This document shows positions 51,349 through 63,540 of a stretch of DNA of 64,000 nucleotides, piece after piece; the stretch's first letter is position 1, and each line of letters opens with the position of its first letter. The DNA comes from Gnetum montanum. Taxonomy: Eukaryota > Plantae > Gnetophyta. The position numbers and the translations under genes were made by a program. The stretch spans positions 504,780-568,779 of the forward strand of contig MNCI01002379.1 in the NCBI GenBank assembly GCA_015680685.1, written 5' to 3'. The notes beneath the pieces were generated by a model that did not search any database, was not told where the DNA came from, and saw nothing but the letters and a program-made list of their open reading frames with translations.

Positions 51349-54220
51349 TGTTGGCGGTTGTTTGGGGATCACCAATGTAGGTTGGTCTCTAGTTCCATGA
51401 CCTTGGGAGCCATGGGAAGTGAAGGTGTTTTTCAAATAGGGTTTAGATGCTTTCTGGTCTTCTAGAAATACCAAGGCCTAGATACCTCCAAATAAACTCA
51501 GTGATTATGAAATAAACTAATTGTGAGTATGTGTTTGCTATTGTTAATGTTGAAATGGTCAGGTTGTGTATGAGATTGTAATTAACTATCATAAATGAAA
51601 TTTAGCTAGCTTTGTCAAATATTGTGAGCTATTTAAGATTCTTATTTTGTCAAATCACTTATTCTATATAGTCCTTATAGTAAGCTACTTGAAGCACATG
51701 AGAGAAAATTTTTCCAATCTACTTCTAATTTACCCCAAAGAGAAAATTCTACAAGTAAACTAGAAATAGGATGAGATTCAATGGATTTTAGAAAGAGACA
51801 ATAAAGAAAATTAGATGTGTATAAATCTCAAAACATTTAAGCAAGATAAATTGAACATAATGAAACACTTCATAATAAAGCTATTTCAATATAATCCAAA
51901 TATTACAAATTGCCTAAAACTTCTAGGCCAAACAAGAAAATTCATAAAAGAAAATCTTATTCACTACTAAAATACCTTTGTAAAACAAAAGTACAAGCTT
52001 TTTTCTTGGCTAGTTTGCAATTTCCAAGAATTGCAAACGCTAAAACTAGTAGCAAAATTTGACAATTTTATATTAGAATTCTAAGGTAATAAAATTTTGG
52101 AAAATGAGGCTAATTCAAACAAGCCAAAGTATCAAAGACTATCTAGGTATTCTAAACTCAAATAGGAAATTTCAACACGACATTGCTATTAAACTACTCT
52201 AGATGCTTTTCCTAGATAACATAAACTCTTACATGGTAGACCTTAATAGAAGTCAAATATTACGCAAAATGAAGCTATGAGGATGATCTAGAAAATTGAA
52301 AAATCAATTGCCAAGAACATTACTATTTAGACCATTAGCTAAGTAACTAAAAAAAATGGGAAATAAGATACTAATAGGATTAAAACCAAGTGGCCGAATT
52401 GATATGATTAGCAATCCATGCTTTTACAATCTTCCATGTTGATTTTGAGTATATTTTCCCCCTAAAATCCTCCTTAAAATCCCCACTTAAATTCTTTCAA
52501 AATCCTCCCCTTGAGCCCTTTTTATAGTAGCTTCATGGTAGTTACAAACATCATGGATGGTTAAGGTGAATAACAAATATCTAGGGAATTTATTCCTAAC
52601 TACCTCAAGAAGTCATAACTTCTATGAGAAAAATAAGCCATAGTTGGAAAATGTCTTTTTTGGTAATTAAAACCTTACAAATATCAAAGGGATATAGTTT
52701 TAACTTCCATAGGAAGTTATAATTTTTGTGGTAATTTTTAGTCCCCAAGAATATAAAGTTGTAATTGCCAAATGTTTAGAATTTCTTCTTTTAAATTACA
52801 AAACCTCATTTTACATTATAAAGAAAATTTGGCAAATTGTAATGGTGATAATACTAATAATGAAAAATATTAAGGCTATGTGGCCTTAACTCTTTGTGTA
52901 TCTACACATTTATGTTTGATGTGTAGGCCTTTGAAGGTGCACACAAGCCCCATGGCTTTCATGCCATAAGTTGCATTGCCTTAATCTTGTGCTAGAATGT
53001 AGTGCCATCATTAGTTGGTATTTGTCCATCTTTGTTGCCCCTTTTTCCAGACATCCTCCTAGATCCTTGGCCATCTGAGTCTCTTCTTTTTCCACTAGTG
53101 GATGAGCTCCCTCCATAGTATCATCATCAATTTTCTTATGCTACTTTAATGATTGTCTTCCTACTACACCTTGAATTTTATCTTATTTCAGCAACAAACC
53201 CTACATTTCATGTCTTCTTGCTAAATATTGAAAAAATGGCAAAAAATGAAACTTCTCCAAGCCCAAAAAATTATTCTTGCTATTGTCGTTGAGCTACAAC
53301 AAGGTTAGTGGTGGTGTTAGCACTCTAGGAACTTGTTGTTGCTTACCAATTTCCTTTTAGGTTTGAAACTTACCCTTCTTAATTCTAAGGTACAAAAAAT
53401 CATTTTTGTGTTTATTTCTATTGTAGATGCTTGATGCAATGGAGATTAGTATTTCAACTCTGTATAAGCAAAGACATTTTGCACAATACCTGCTTACTTA
53501 AAACGTACCCATATACATTTGATTGGGGTAGGAATGGCAGGTGTAGAATGTGGGCATCCAGTAGCAACTCCATTATTTTTAAAAATAATTTTAATGAATT
53601 AAGAAATAATATAAATAAGTACATCAATAACTTGTGTTATCCATAGATGTGGAGCTAGGGTTCTAAATTCTTGTTTCAAGCATGTGATATGCAATAATAC
53701 TATGAATTTTGTTTCTAAATTTTGATGAAATCATTAATTATGGTAATTCAGTATTATATCTTTATTTTTATTTTCAAAATTTATACATTCTATTGCATGG
53801 TTTTTGCTCTATACATACATTAGATGACTTCCACTTATGATTCCATTAATGCATATGATAGCTTTACAACAGCTATTCAAGCTTTATCACATCAATATAT
53901 TGTGCATAATATGACCATTTTTGGAATTATCTGGAGAATGAATCTCTTTGATTCTTAGAATTTTACTTTACATATTGTTTCCTTGGAGATTTGTTGCAAG
54001 TATCTATACAATTTATGTGTAAGGTTCACATACAAGCTTTCTATTTTTAACCATATTTACATGTTCACAGGTTATCCTCCTTGACTTTCTTTTTCATTGT
54101 TGCACAATCTATTCTCTTAAACTCTACTTTATAATAACCTAATTTTCCATTCAAAAATTTTATGCTAAAAATATACTATGGTAATCACTATTAGGAAATC
54201 CAAGAGAAATCTCCATTACA
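51349..54220. mobile_element. Unassigned ~2.9-kb insertion(s) inside E's LTR; 51349-~52906 resembles a solo LTR of a third family
   Basis: Interrupts LTR homology. Begins tgttgg, has tgtatctaca at ~52906 and a minus-strand TATA-like cccttttttatag at ~52516. No clean TSD. Confidence 0.4.
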
Positions 54221-54564
54221 CTTCATAGCCATATATATTTTGACCTATAAAGTGTAAACCAAATAAGTCCTAATTGAGAGGAACACAAGCTCCACATGGG
54301 AAGATAATGATCTCAAACTTAAACTAATTACTAGTATAATCACATTACCTCATCCATAGATTATGATCTAGTCACACATGAAACATCTTTGACTTGTATG
54401 GTTAGGTGTTGGATTTCTCCACTACTCATCATTAGCACTATTTCTGAGGACAAGTCAATGTATGATAACTAATTTATTTTACAAAGTTCATTGTATTAGG
54501 ATTCAAAATTAAAACCCATAACTCTAATAAAAATCACACTTAAACAAACATCTTAAACCATAAC

Positions 54565-56714
54565 ATGACTTCAAATAAGGATACATCAACACTTTCCAAG
54601 GAACTATAAAGAAGCAATGATAGAATCAATGAAGTAGAAGACTGAAGTATGCCAATGTAAGTAAGGATCTCATATGCTCATCAAGATACTTATTATCCTA
54701 GTTTTACCTTCATCTTTCATCAAGACAGGTAGTTAAGGTGGAGAGATCTTCAAGGCAACATTGTTCTATTATTAAGATGTTTAACATCCATCATGCTTCA
54801 AATCGCTCTCAAGGGGATGAAACTAGGTGAAGCACTTAAAGGGTATCATGTGAATAAACACATGACAAGAACCTATGAGTTCACTGACATGTAGTTAAGG
54901 AGAGACAATGCCATGGAAACTAGACATGAATAAGACCAAGGAAAGAAGCTTAACTTTCTTGTTATATTGGAAGAGGTTGATGGATATGCATTCATTGTTG
55001 AACAAATCCACCAAAATCATGAGTTCTAGCTACAAAATCCTATCATATGATTGGAGGAACCTATCAAGAATTAATTACTCTTTGACATAGTAGAGACACT
55101 CAAAAGGAGGGCAGAAAAATCAAGGCACAAGTAGGACTCAAGGCTAAGAGTTCTTGCTAGATCTCACAAAGAAGAACATTAGAGTCATAGAGGGAGGACA
55201 AGATGAAAATGATCTCATACGTTCTCATTCACATTCTCATGATCATCAGTGGAATCTAATAGAAGAAGACAAAGGCATAGAGACTATGAAAGGGAGGAGA
55301 AAAGGACTCATGATTATCATTATTGTTCTTCAAGATACTTTGTTATAAAAGATGAAGAATATGAATGAAGAAGAAGAAGGAATTGAAGAGATGATCATGA
55401 AAGGGGTGAGCATAGAAGGGGGCACTACTACAACCAAGTGCATAAATTTGATTGAGATGATGAATCCTTGATGGCTACTAAAAGCATGAGTAACACACAA
55501 GAAGCTATGCATATTTCAACTAAGCATGTGTGAGATAGTTGTATCAAACAACTTGATATGAATAACATGCAAAGATTTTAGGGTGGCTATAATGTTGATT
55601 CACAACACCACCTCCAAGCATTCCATGATGTCTATGCCTTATAGGACATTGAAAGTTATTAGTATAAGTTAAATTTGTTCCATGAACACTTGTGCAAGAG
55701 GCTAAGATTTGGTATAGATCACTTGAACTTGAATTAATTAGAAGATGGAGTACCATGTTAGAGATATTCAATGATAAATACCAAACCTACTCATAAGTGT
55801 CTAATGTAAGGAAGAAAATCCAAGGATGGAAGCAAGGGACTCATAAAACCCTTGATGCGATGATGAGAAGATACTATTTACTATTGCATAGATACCCAGG
55901 CCATGGATTCTCACAATGGGAATAGCTAAGGCACATTGTAGATGGGTTAAGGAATAAGACTAGAGAGACCCTTAGGGTTTATGCCCAAAGAAATTCAGAG
56001 ACTAATTGATGAAGTGGAAAAGGAAGAAGATGAGCTAATAAAGAGAGAATTAGTATAAGAGTATAATAGAGACTCATGCATTAGAAAAAGAGATGCATGA
56101 GTTTGTGACATTCAAGAGAAAGAAACCCTAGAACAAACAATTCAAAAGAAGACTCTACCGATTTAGAAAACTATAATTGATATTGCAGGAAAGGTAGAGA
56201 AAATGTGGGACTCACTAGATGAAAATTTTGCAACAACATTGAAGATTGTGGAACAAAGAACAAAGGAAGCCTTTAGAAAATACAAGGATAAGAAATAGAA
56301 GAAAGATCTTAGATGAAACGGAAAAGTGGATTTAGTGGCTAAGTGTTTAAAAAACCAAGTCCACCAATGAGAAAGGATGTGTCATGTGTTAATATGAACA
56401 TTCCAAGGGATGTTGTCTAGTAATGATACATTTATAGAAAAATAGATCATATGCACTTAATTCTAAATTTTTTTTAAAAAATGCCTAGAAAGTTACCTTA
56501 TCCTCAAGGTAACTATAGGCCAAACTTCCACAACCACAAGAGTAATATTACTAGTAATGGAAACAACCCTAATCATTGACCATGTTTCCACCTCACCAAA
56601 AATATCTATATAGGTAGTCAAATCCATATGGATGTTTTGTACAAAATCCAATCTCTCCTAGTAATGCTAGTGTACAAAATCGATAATATTATCTAATTGA
56701 GTACCATAGACCAA
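54565..56714 (+). pseudogene. gag: Element E gag (N-terminal domain, RS/RD linker, capsid domain)
   Basis: VRISYAHQDTYYPSFTFIFHQDR*LRWRDLQGNIVL; SQHHLQAFHD; TLVQEAKIWYRSLELE..WSTMLEIFNDKY. Confidence 0.8.
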
Positions 56715-58301
56715 TGTTGTAACTAAAAAACTTGATCATTGGAAGAAAACCAAGGATCCTTAGTGTAAACAGTTTTCCAACCCCAAATCCCTAGGGTGTC
56801 CATGAGAGAAATGGGATTTGACATACCCTGGCTAGTCCAGTAGATCAACCAAGAACTTATGAGATGCGAAATGTGGGAGTATAAATAGATCGAAAAGATG
56901 CATAGAAAATGAATTTATTTTTGAACAAAAAATAAAAAAATTTATTGAAAAAAATGAATAATAAGTTAGAGAAATGTGTAGAAATGGTGCCTAGATGAGT
57001 AGAAAGGGGGTTCACTTATGTAAGAGTTCAAAGCTCATTGAAGCTAATGTGATCTACTACATGATTCGAGTACCAAGCTACTCCTGATGCTATCAAACCT
57101 TCCTTCATTGCTGTGACCTTAGATCTGTAAGTTGGATCACTATCGGAGGTTGACAAAGGTGGAAAATTTGGATACCAAATTGCTCCATGCTGGGGTTTGG
57201 AAATCCCAAAAGTGTAGTGTTGATACCAAAAATCAACCAAATCTCAAGACCATAATGCTTCCATGCTAGGGTTCAAGAGAATGCAACTATGGGAACTTGC
57301 AAGAGCTCTTAAGTACTTGAAAATGTCCCAAGTGTGGAATTATGTGTATGCAAGTTGCTTGATAATGTTGCCCTTGCCAAAAATTTTGGAACTGCTAAAG
57401 TGCTTTAATGACAAAAATTATTGAACTTTGTCAAAAAAATTTGAAGTTGCAAATGGTGTTAGAGGTTGGCTTTTATAGGATCCTTGGGCCATGAATGGGG
57501 CTACAAAATGGCTATGATTTTGCTATAAAAATGGCTATAAACTAGCTATGAAATAGCTCCAAATTTGCTATAAAATGGCTACAAATTTGATATAAATTTT
57601 CTACAAATTGGCTAGCAAATTTAGGTGAGATGGATGCCTAGATTTGGAGGGTTACTATACATAGTAAGTGCTTCTCCCCATGGCCATTCCATTTACTATA
57701 AATAGTAAATGGGGCACACCTTCCATGTTGGAGATGAATCTTCCATGTTGAGCTCTCCACCATGCTTGTTAAAGTGGTTGGACAACATTGAAGTGATGAA
57801 TTTTTGCTTTTGTGCCTTCCACGCTTGGGGATTGAATTTTCCATGCTCGGAATGAAGCCTCCACACTATGGAAAAACTTCCATGTTGAGGGGGGTGGAGT
57901 TTCCAGGCTATGCATGTGATCTCCGTGTTGAAGGGGAAAAGTTTACAAAATCCCCACCCTTCCACACTTGAGGTAGGTGAGATCTAACCCTTTGCATGTG
58001 TTTCCAACGTAGAAATATGTATACCCCCCATAAAACCCATCAAATTGCCCTTTTTGGAATTCCAAAATGCATGTTTAACCTCCCCAAGCCTAAATATAGA
58101 TACTAGGTAACTTTTTTCACTTGGAGATTGAGGATTTAACATATTATGAGGCATTTTTAGTCTCAAAAGTATAAAGTATGTGAAATCACCCATTGTAGAT
58201 TACAATTTTCACATTTACAATGAATTTTTGCCTTGAGTTTCATGGGGTGAAAGCTACATGATGAAGATTGGTTATAACATGCAAAATTTTGTGGTGTTTC
58301 A
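56715..58301 (-). repeat. 3' LTR of F2 (~1.59 kb)
   Basis: tgttgtaact...gtggtgtttca; 58020-58301 is closely similar to 11185-11461. TATA-like ggcttttatagg at ~57468. Internal GCTATAAAAT-like mini-repeats at 57500-57620. Confidence 0.88.
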
Positions 58302-58529
58302 ATGGTTACTCTTTGCTGGTGCCTGGAGGATTAATCCAAGAGGCACCGATAAAGAATACAAAACACCATTGCATATTATAATGCTACAATGCAGACAAAA
58401 AGTCGCCAAGGTTGCTAGTTTAAGGTTGTGATGGGTCATGGTACTAGTTTAAGGCCTTGGTAGGCTATGTTGCTAGTTTATGGTTGTAGCAGATTATTGA
58501 AAGTAGGCTCACTTGTTGACGATTATTGG

Positions 58530-59790
58530 CTACATGCAGTACGACTTTAGATAGGAATGACTGAACAAATTGGCTAGATTATTTTCATTCATGTTGGCTA
58601 TTCTGAAAGCTCCATTCCCATAGGCTTTGGTGAGAAGGAAGGACCTTTCCTAGTTAGCTAAGAACTTGTCTGCATGCTTATAGACAACCTTGAGGACTAG
58701 TTTCTTATCCTTGATCTTGCACATGGTCAAGTCATGGTGATGTTATCGCATCTACCTCTCTTGATAGTGTTCGATGTGAGAAACCAATTTCGTATGCCAC
58801 TCCTATACCAAATCCAAGGTTTTTGTTTTAGCAACTTCTTACTCTATTTTTCATTAATGAAGTCAATTAAGGCTATTTGGAGTGATGGAACTTGCAATTC
58901 AAGAGGTAAAAAAGCTTCAAAACCATAAATAAGGTTGTAAGGGGTCATGCCAGTTGCCATGCAATAAGTTGTTCTGTATGCCCATAGTGCATGGAAAAGT
59001 CACTCATGACACTTTTGCTTGCTGTTGTTGAACATCTTCTTGAGCAAGTTGATGATGGCCTTATTGCTTGCTTTTTCTTGTCCATTGCCTTGAGGGTAGT
59101 ATGATGATGAGAAAGAATGCTTAATGCATAGGTTGTCACAAAAATCATTGGTTTCTTGGCTACTAAATTAAGGTCCATGGTATATAACTATGGTCATGGG
59201 TATGTAAAAATGAGCTATAGTGTTTTTTGGGATAAATTTTCAAACTTCTTTAGATGTGGTCTTCCCTAGGGGAGTAGCCTAAACCCACTTGGTAAAGTAT
59301 TTGGTTGCGGTGATGATGAACCTATGTCTTGTAGAATACTTAGGTGTTATGAGTTTAATGATATCCAGCCCCCATCATTGAAATGACCATATTATCTTGA
59401 TTTTATGTAACTCACTTGGTGATACATGTATTATGTTGTTATATCATTAACATGTGTTACATCGCTTAACCTTTTGCAAGGAGTCATTCTCCATATGGGG
59501 CAAATAGTAGCCTAATTGTCTAATCTTAGTAGCCATGGCTCTAGGTTCTATATGTCCTCTACAAATGCTTTCATGAACCTTATCTAGGACTATTCTAGCT
59601 TTAGTTTTACCCAAGCACTTTAGGAGTATGCCATCATAGGATCATTGACATAATGTATTATCACCTATGATGACATACTACTTTGACTACTTGTGTATGG
59701 TGTCGTTTTGAGTAGTAGTAAGGCCTTGTGAGGATTCACCATGCATAAGGTAAAATTTGATATCATCATACCACTCTTTGGGAGGATCGG
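58530..59790 (-). pseudogene. F2 integrase
   Basis: WYDDIKFYL..VHESICRGH..KIRQLGYYLPHMENDS..VKRCNTC; WGLDII; ATKYFTKWV; TPYNLIYGFEAFLPLE. Confidence 0.9.
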
Positions 59791-59889
59791 TATGAATGAG
59801 GGCCACAAAGGTATCCTCAATATTCTATGTGATGGGAGTAGCGTAATCCATGGTTTAGGTGGACAACCTGCTAAACATATCTAGTGTCA

Positions 59890-60280
59890 CACTAAAGGAT
59901 AATGTTGCAATTGAATCAACTATGGCATTTTCATTTCTAGGTATGTGTTTGACATTAATGTCTATGAATTATTATAACAATTGCTTCCCTAAATCACAAT
60001 AAGGTTGTAAGTGCTTAGTTTTGCATGCATAGACTTTAGTTACTTGGTTAATCACAAGTTGTGAATCACCTTTGATGGCTAGGCATCTAATTTCCAAGTG
60101 AAAATCTACCATCATCCCTTTTATTAAGCCCTCATATTACACTATGTTGGTAATACATGGAAACACAAAATGATAGGCAAAGGATTGGATTTCACTAGAT
60201 GGAAATGTTACAATGGCAGTAGCACTAGCCCAATGGGTGGTTGAAGCTTCGTTGAAGTTCATGACTACCTCATAATCATT
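59890..60280 (-). pseudogene. F2 additional (archaeal-type) RNase H, aRH
   Basis: MNFNEAS..FPCITNIV*YEGLIKG..IKGDSQLVINQV..HIPRNENAIVDSIA, located between RH and INT as in Ogre/Retand-type Tat elements. Confidence 0.85.
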
Positions 60281-60399
60281 GGGCACTTGGCTAACTATGT
60301 TAATGTATTCATTGGGGAACTTAGGATCTATGGCTACTTGGTCATCAATGGGTAAAACTATGCATTGCATGACTATAACTTGACCTTTTATGGAGGATT

Positions 60400-62021
60400 A
60401 AGAGACATAATGAAGGTCAAACTTCATGATTATGGCTTTCCATTGGGCTATATGACTACTTCGTAGATGTTGGTCATTGTGGCTTTGATGATGTTGTCCT
60501 TGCAAATTATGTTGAGTTGGCTTTTGAAGAGGTAGTGTCTCCATTTCTTCAAAGAGAAGACTAGTGCTAGATAATAATTCTTCACTTTAGTGTATAGGGT
60601 CTCTTGGGCTACTAACATGTGGATAAGGTAGTATAAAAGAATTTCTACTCCATCATCATGTTTTTGATAGAGTAGAGAGGTAATGGATGTATCAGAGATG
60701 GCATGATCAATATAAAAAAATTTTCCTTCTTGTAGAGGATAGACTATCAATAGTTTTATCAACTCTTTCTTAATGTTTTTAAAGGCCTCTTGGCATTAAG
60801 CTGTCTAGTCATAGTGAACTCCTTTTTTAAGCAAGTGTTGCATGTGCTATAACTTATCCATAAGCCTGAAAATAAACCTACAAATAAATTATAATATACC
60901 TTGTAATCCATGAAGCTCTTTAAGGTTGGTAGGTGATGCCAATTTGGATATGGCATTAACCTTATTAGGATCTATGTGTATCCCTACTTTAGAGACTACA
61001 AAGCCAAGCAACTTACTAGTCTTAACATCAAAGACACACTTCTTAGGATTGAGCCTAGGCTTGTATTTGAGACATCATTTAAGCACAAGATCTAGGCCAT
61101 TAGCATGGTCATTGGCTATTTGAGACTTCATGGCTATGTCATCTATGTAATCATTAAGAAAACCTAACATGTAATCACTAAAGATATAGGTCATGCCTCT
61201 CTAGTATGTTGCTCTGTCATTCTTAAGGCCAAAGGGCATCATGGTATAATAAAAAGTACCTGATGGAGTCATAAAGGTTATGCTAAGTTGGTGATATGGG
61301 TTGATCCTAGTTTGGTTATATCTCAAGAATTGATTCATAAAGGACAACAAGGCATGTTTGGCTGTAGTATCAATAAGTTGATTAATACTAGGCAAAGGAA
61401 AGTCATCCTTGATGGTTGCTTTATTTAGGTCTTGAAAATTGATGCAAATACAGATAATCCCATTTTTCTTAAGGACTACCACTATGTTGGATATCCATTC
61501 TATGTAATTGATAGCCATAATGAAACCTACTTAGTAGAGCTTTGATATTTCATCATGAACTGCCAAGGCCAAATCAGGTCTAATCTTGTGCACTTTTTGC
61601 TTAACTAGCCTAACATTAGGATCCAACATATGTTTTGCTAGACTAGACATGGGTCTAGGCCTATCATATCTTCATATGATGAAGAAAATATCTTAATGTT
61701 ATCTTGTAAGACTTTGGTGATATCTTGGGCACATTGAGGCTCTAGTGAAAAACTTAGTTTATGGGTTTTCTCCTTACCATGGTGTGTGGTGATAGGAATC
61801 CCAACTAGATTGTCTTTGCTTATGTCTCCCACTTTTAAGTTAAGGGTTTTCACTAGGTTTTCAGACCATTCTAGAGATTTCTCTATTGAGACTATGTGGT
61901 CTACAAGACTTTTAAGCTCATGATCTAGGCAATCAAGGTCGATACACCATTTAATATCACTGTGAGGCCCATGTAGACACAAAGGCAAATTGATTTGCAC
62001 CTAAGTACTCATACTTTGATC
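60400..62021 (-). pseudogene. F2 reverse transcriptase and first RNase H
   Basis: ORF 61201-61518 (EWISNIVVVLKKNG..DLNKATIKDDFPLPSINQLID..MPFGLKN); YIDDI at ~61140; ORF 60448-60762 (LALVFSLKKWRHYL). Confidence 0.92.
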
Positions 62022-62609
62022 CTGCATATCAACCAAAAGCATATTAAGTGGCACCTTGGTAAAAATAAATAAATAATGTTAAAATGCCATAAAACATATG
62101 AAAATCTAATGCAATCAAGGCCATCCAAGGTCATTAATGAGATAAGGTCAATTTGGAAAAGTGTAATAGAGGAAAACAAAGATTACATAAGCGTCAAGTA
62201 AGGGGAAGTATAATAAGTGAGGCTACAAATGATTAATAAAGATCACAATTTTTCCAGTTTAAGGCCTTAGTGGGCCATGATGCTAGTTTATAGTCTTGGT
62301 AGACTATGATGTTAGTTTAAGGGCTTAGTGGACCATGGTCATATAGTTTCAAACGGTGGTCAAGGAAGGTCGAACCCCACTATTTGATATCATTTAATGG
62401 CCAAAAAAAGGCAAATAGAGCTATAATAAGACAAACAATGAACATATAAGGTTGTACAAAGGCTATAGAAGGTTAACCAAGACATCAAGGTAAGATAAGT
62501 CTAAAAACAAGTCAAAACATTACGTGACTCAACAAAAATCAAGTAAAATAGGTTATATATGATAAAATTTGCCTAATATAGGTAAAAAATGGTTAGGTTT
62601 TTCCAGTTT

Positions 62610-63540
62610 TGGATCATAATTAACTATGCATTTTACCTCCTTGAGTTGTCAGGTCCAGGGCTATAGATCCATGTCAAAATTTAGTAGGTTTGGAAATCCC
62701 TAAGTGGTTTTTTGATCTTCTCCACTTTTTCCATGCTAGGGATGGAGAGTTGAGCATGGAAAATTAGAGGGAATGAATTTTTGATCATCTGGGATTAGTT
62801 TTATAAAGTTCAAGGGCTCTAATAGTTGCTGCTAGGGTTCTAGAGTGCATGAAATGTCATTTAATGTTATTCTAAAGTGTTTAGGAGTCCTAAAAAAGTA
62901 CCCCCTTGAGTTTCCACACTTGGGATGCTATACTCAGCATGGAAAAAGGGATCCCTAGTGTTGAAGGATCATGCATGTTAGTTCTAGGCCAATTTTGAGC
63001 TCAATTGACTATGCATGTTATCCTTTGAGGATATCGAGGTCAAGGACTAGGGTTTGGTATTAGGTTTTGGTAAATTTGAACATTTCTAAGTGTTTTTTGG
63101 GCTTCCCCCATTTTTTCCAAGCAAGAGATGGAGAGCTTAGTGTGGAAAATTAGGGGGAATCAACTTTTAACCCTCTGACATTAGTTTCTTGAAGTTTGAA
63201 GGCTCCAAATGATGTCATTAGGGTCCTAGAGCACATGCAAGTTTAGTTAATGTTGTTCTAAGGTAGTTATGGATTTTGAATGAGTTTCCCCTTTAATTTC
63301 CACACTAGGAAGCATGGATGTGGATATTCCCAGTTTGGAGACATCATAAAACTCAGATCTAGCCTAGTTTTGACTTCAATTGATCATGCATGTTAGCCTT
63401 GAGGACTGTAGGGGTGAAAGACTAGGGTTTCGACTCAAAACTAGTTAATTTATTGGTTTTCCAAGTGGTTTTTGATTTTTTTCCTCTTTTTCCACATTGG
63501 AGATAGTATGCCTAGCGTGGAAAATTGGGGGGAAATAGAT
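62610..63540. repeat. Tandem array, ~380-bp unit (about 2.3 copies)
   Basis: ttttcca..gatggagag..tggaaaattag.gggaat block at ~62727, ~63113 and ~63487. Confidence 0.8.

Larger units (their letters stand above)
50697..56714 (+). mobile_element. Athila-like element E: split 5' LTR (50697-~51348 and ~54221-54431), PBS 54432-54450, gag; interrupted by F2
   Basis: LTR start aligns with C's LTR start and has no PPT upstream. LTR resumes and ends ctactcatca, followed by TTAGCACTATTTCTGAGGA. Confidence 0.75.

Noticed and set aside
10076-58301. LTRs at 10076-11461 and 56715-58301 as the two ends of one giant element
   Set aside because: The left one has its PBS and gag to its left (a 5' LTR) and the right one has integrase to its right (a 3' LTR). 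They face away from each other and differ in length and interior sequence.
3118-62000. Short ORFs (60-123 aa) as independent small genes
   Set aside because: They are fragments, alternative frames or antisense shadows of decayed retroelement ORFs, or AT-rich low-complexity frames (e.g. 18407-18634, 50537-50758).
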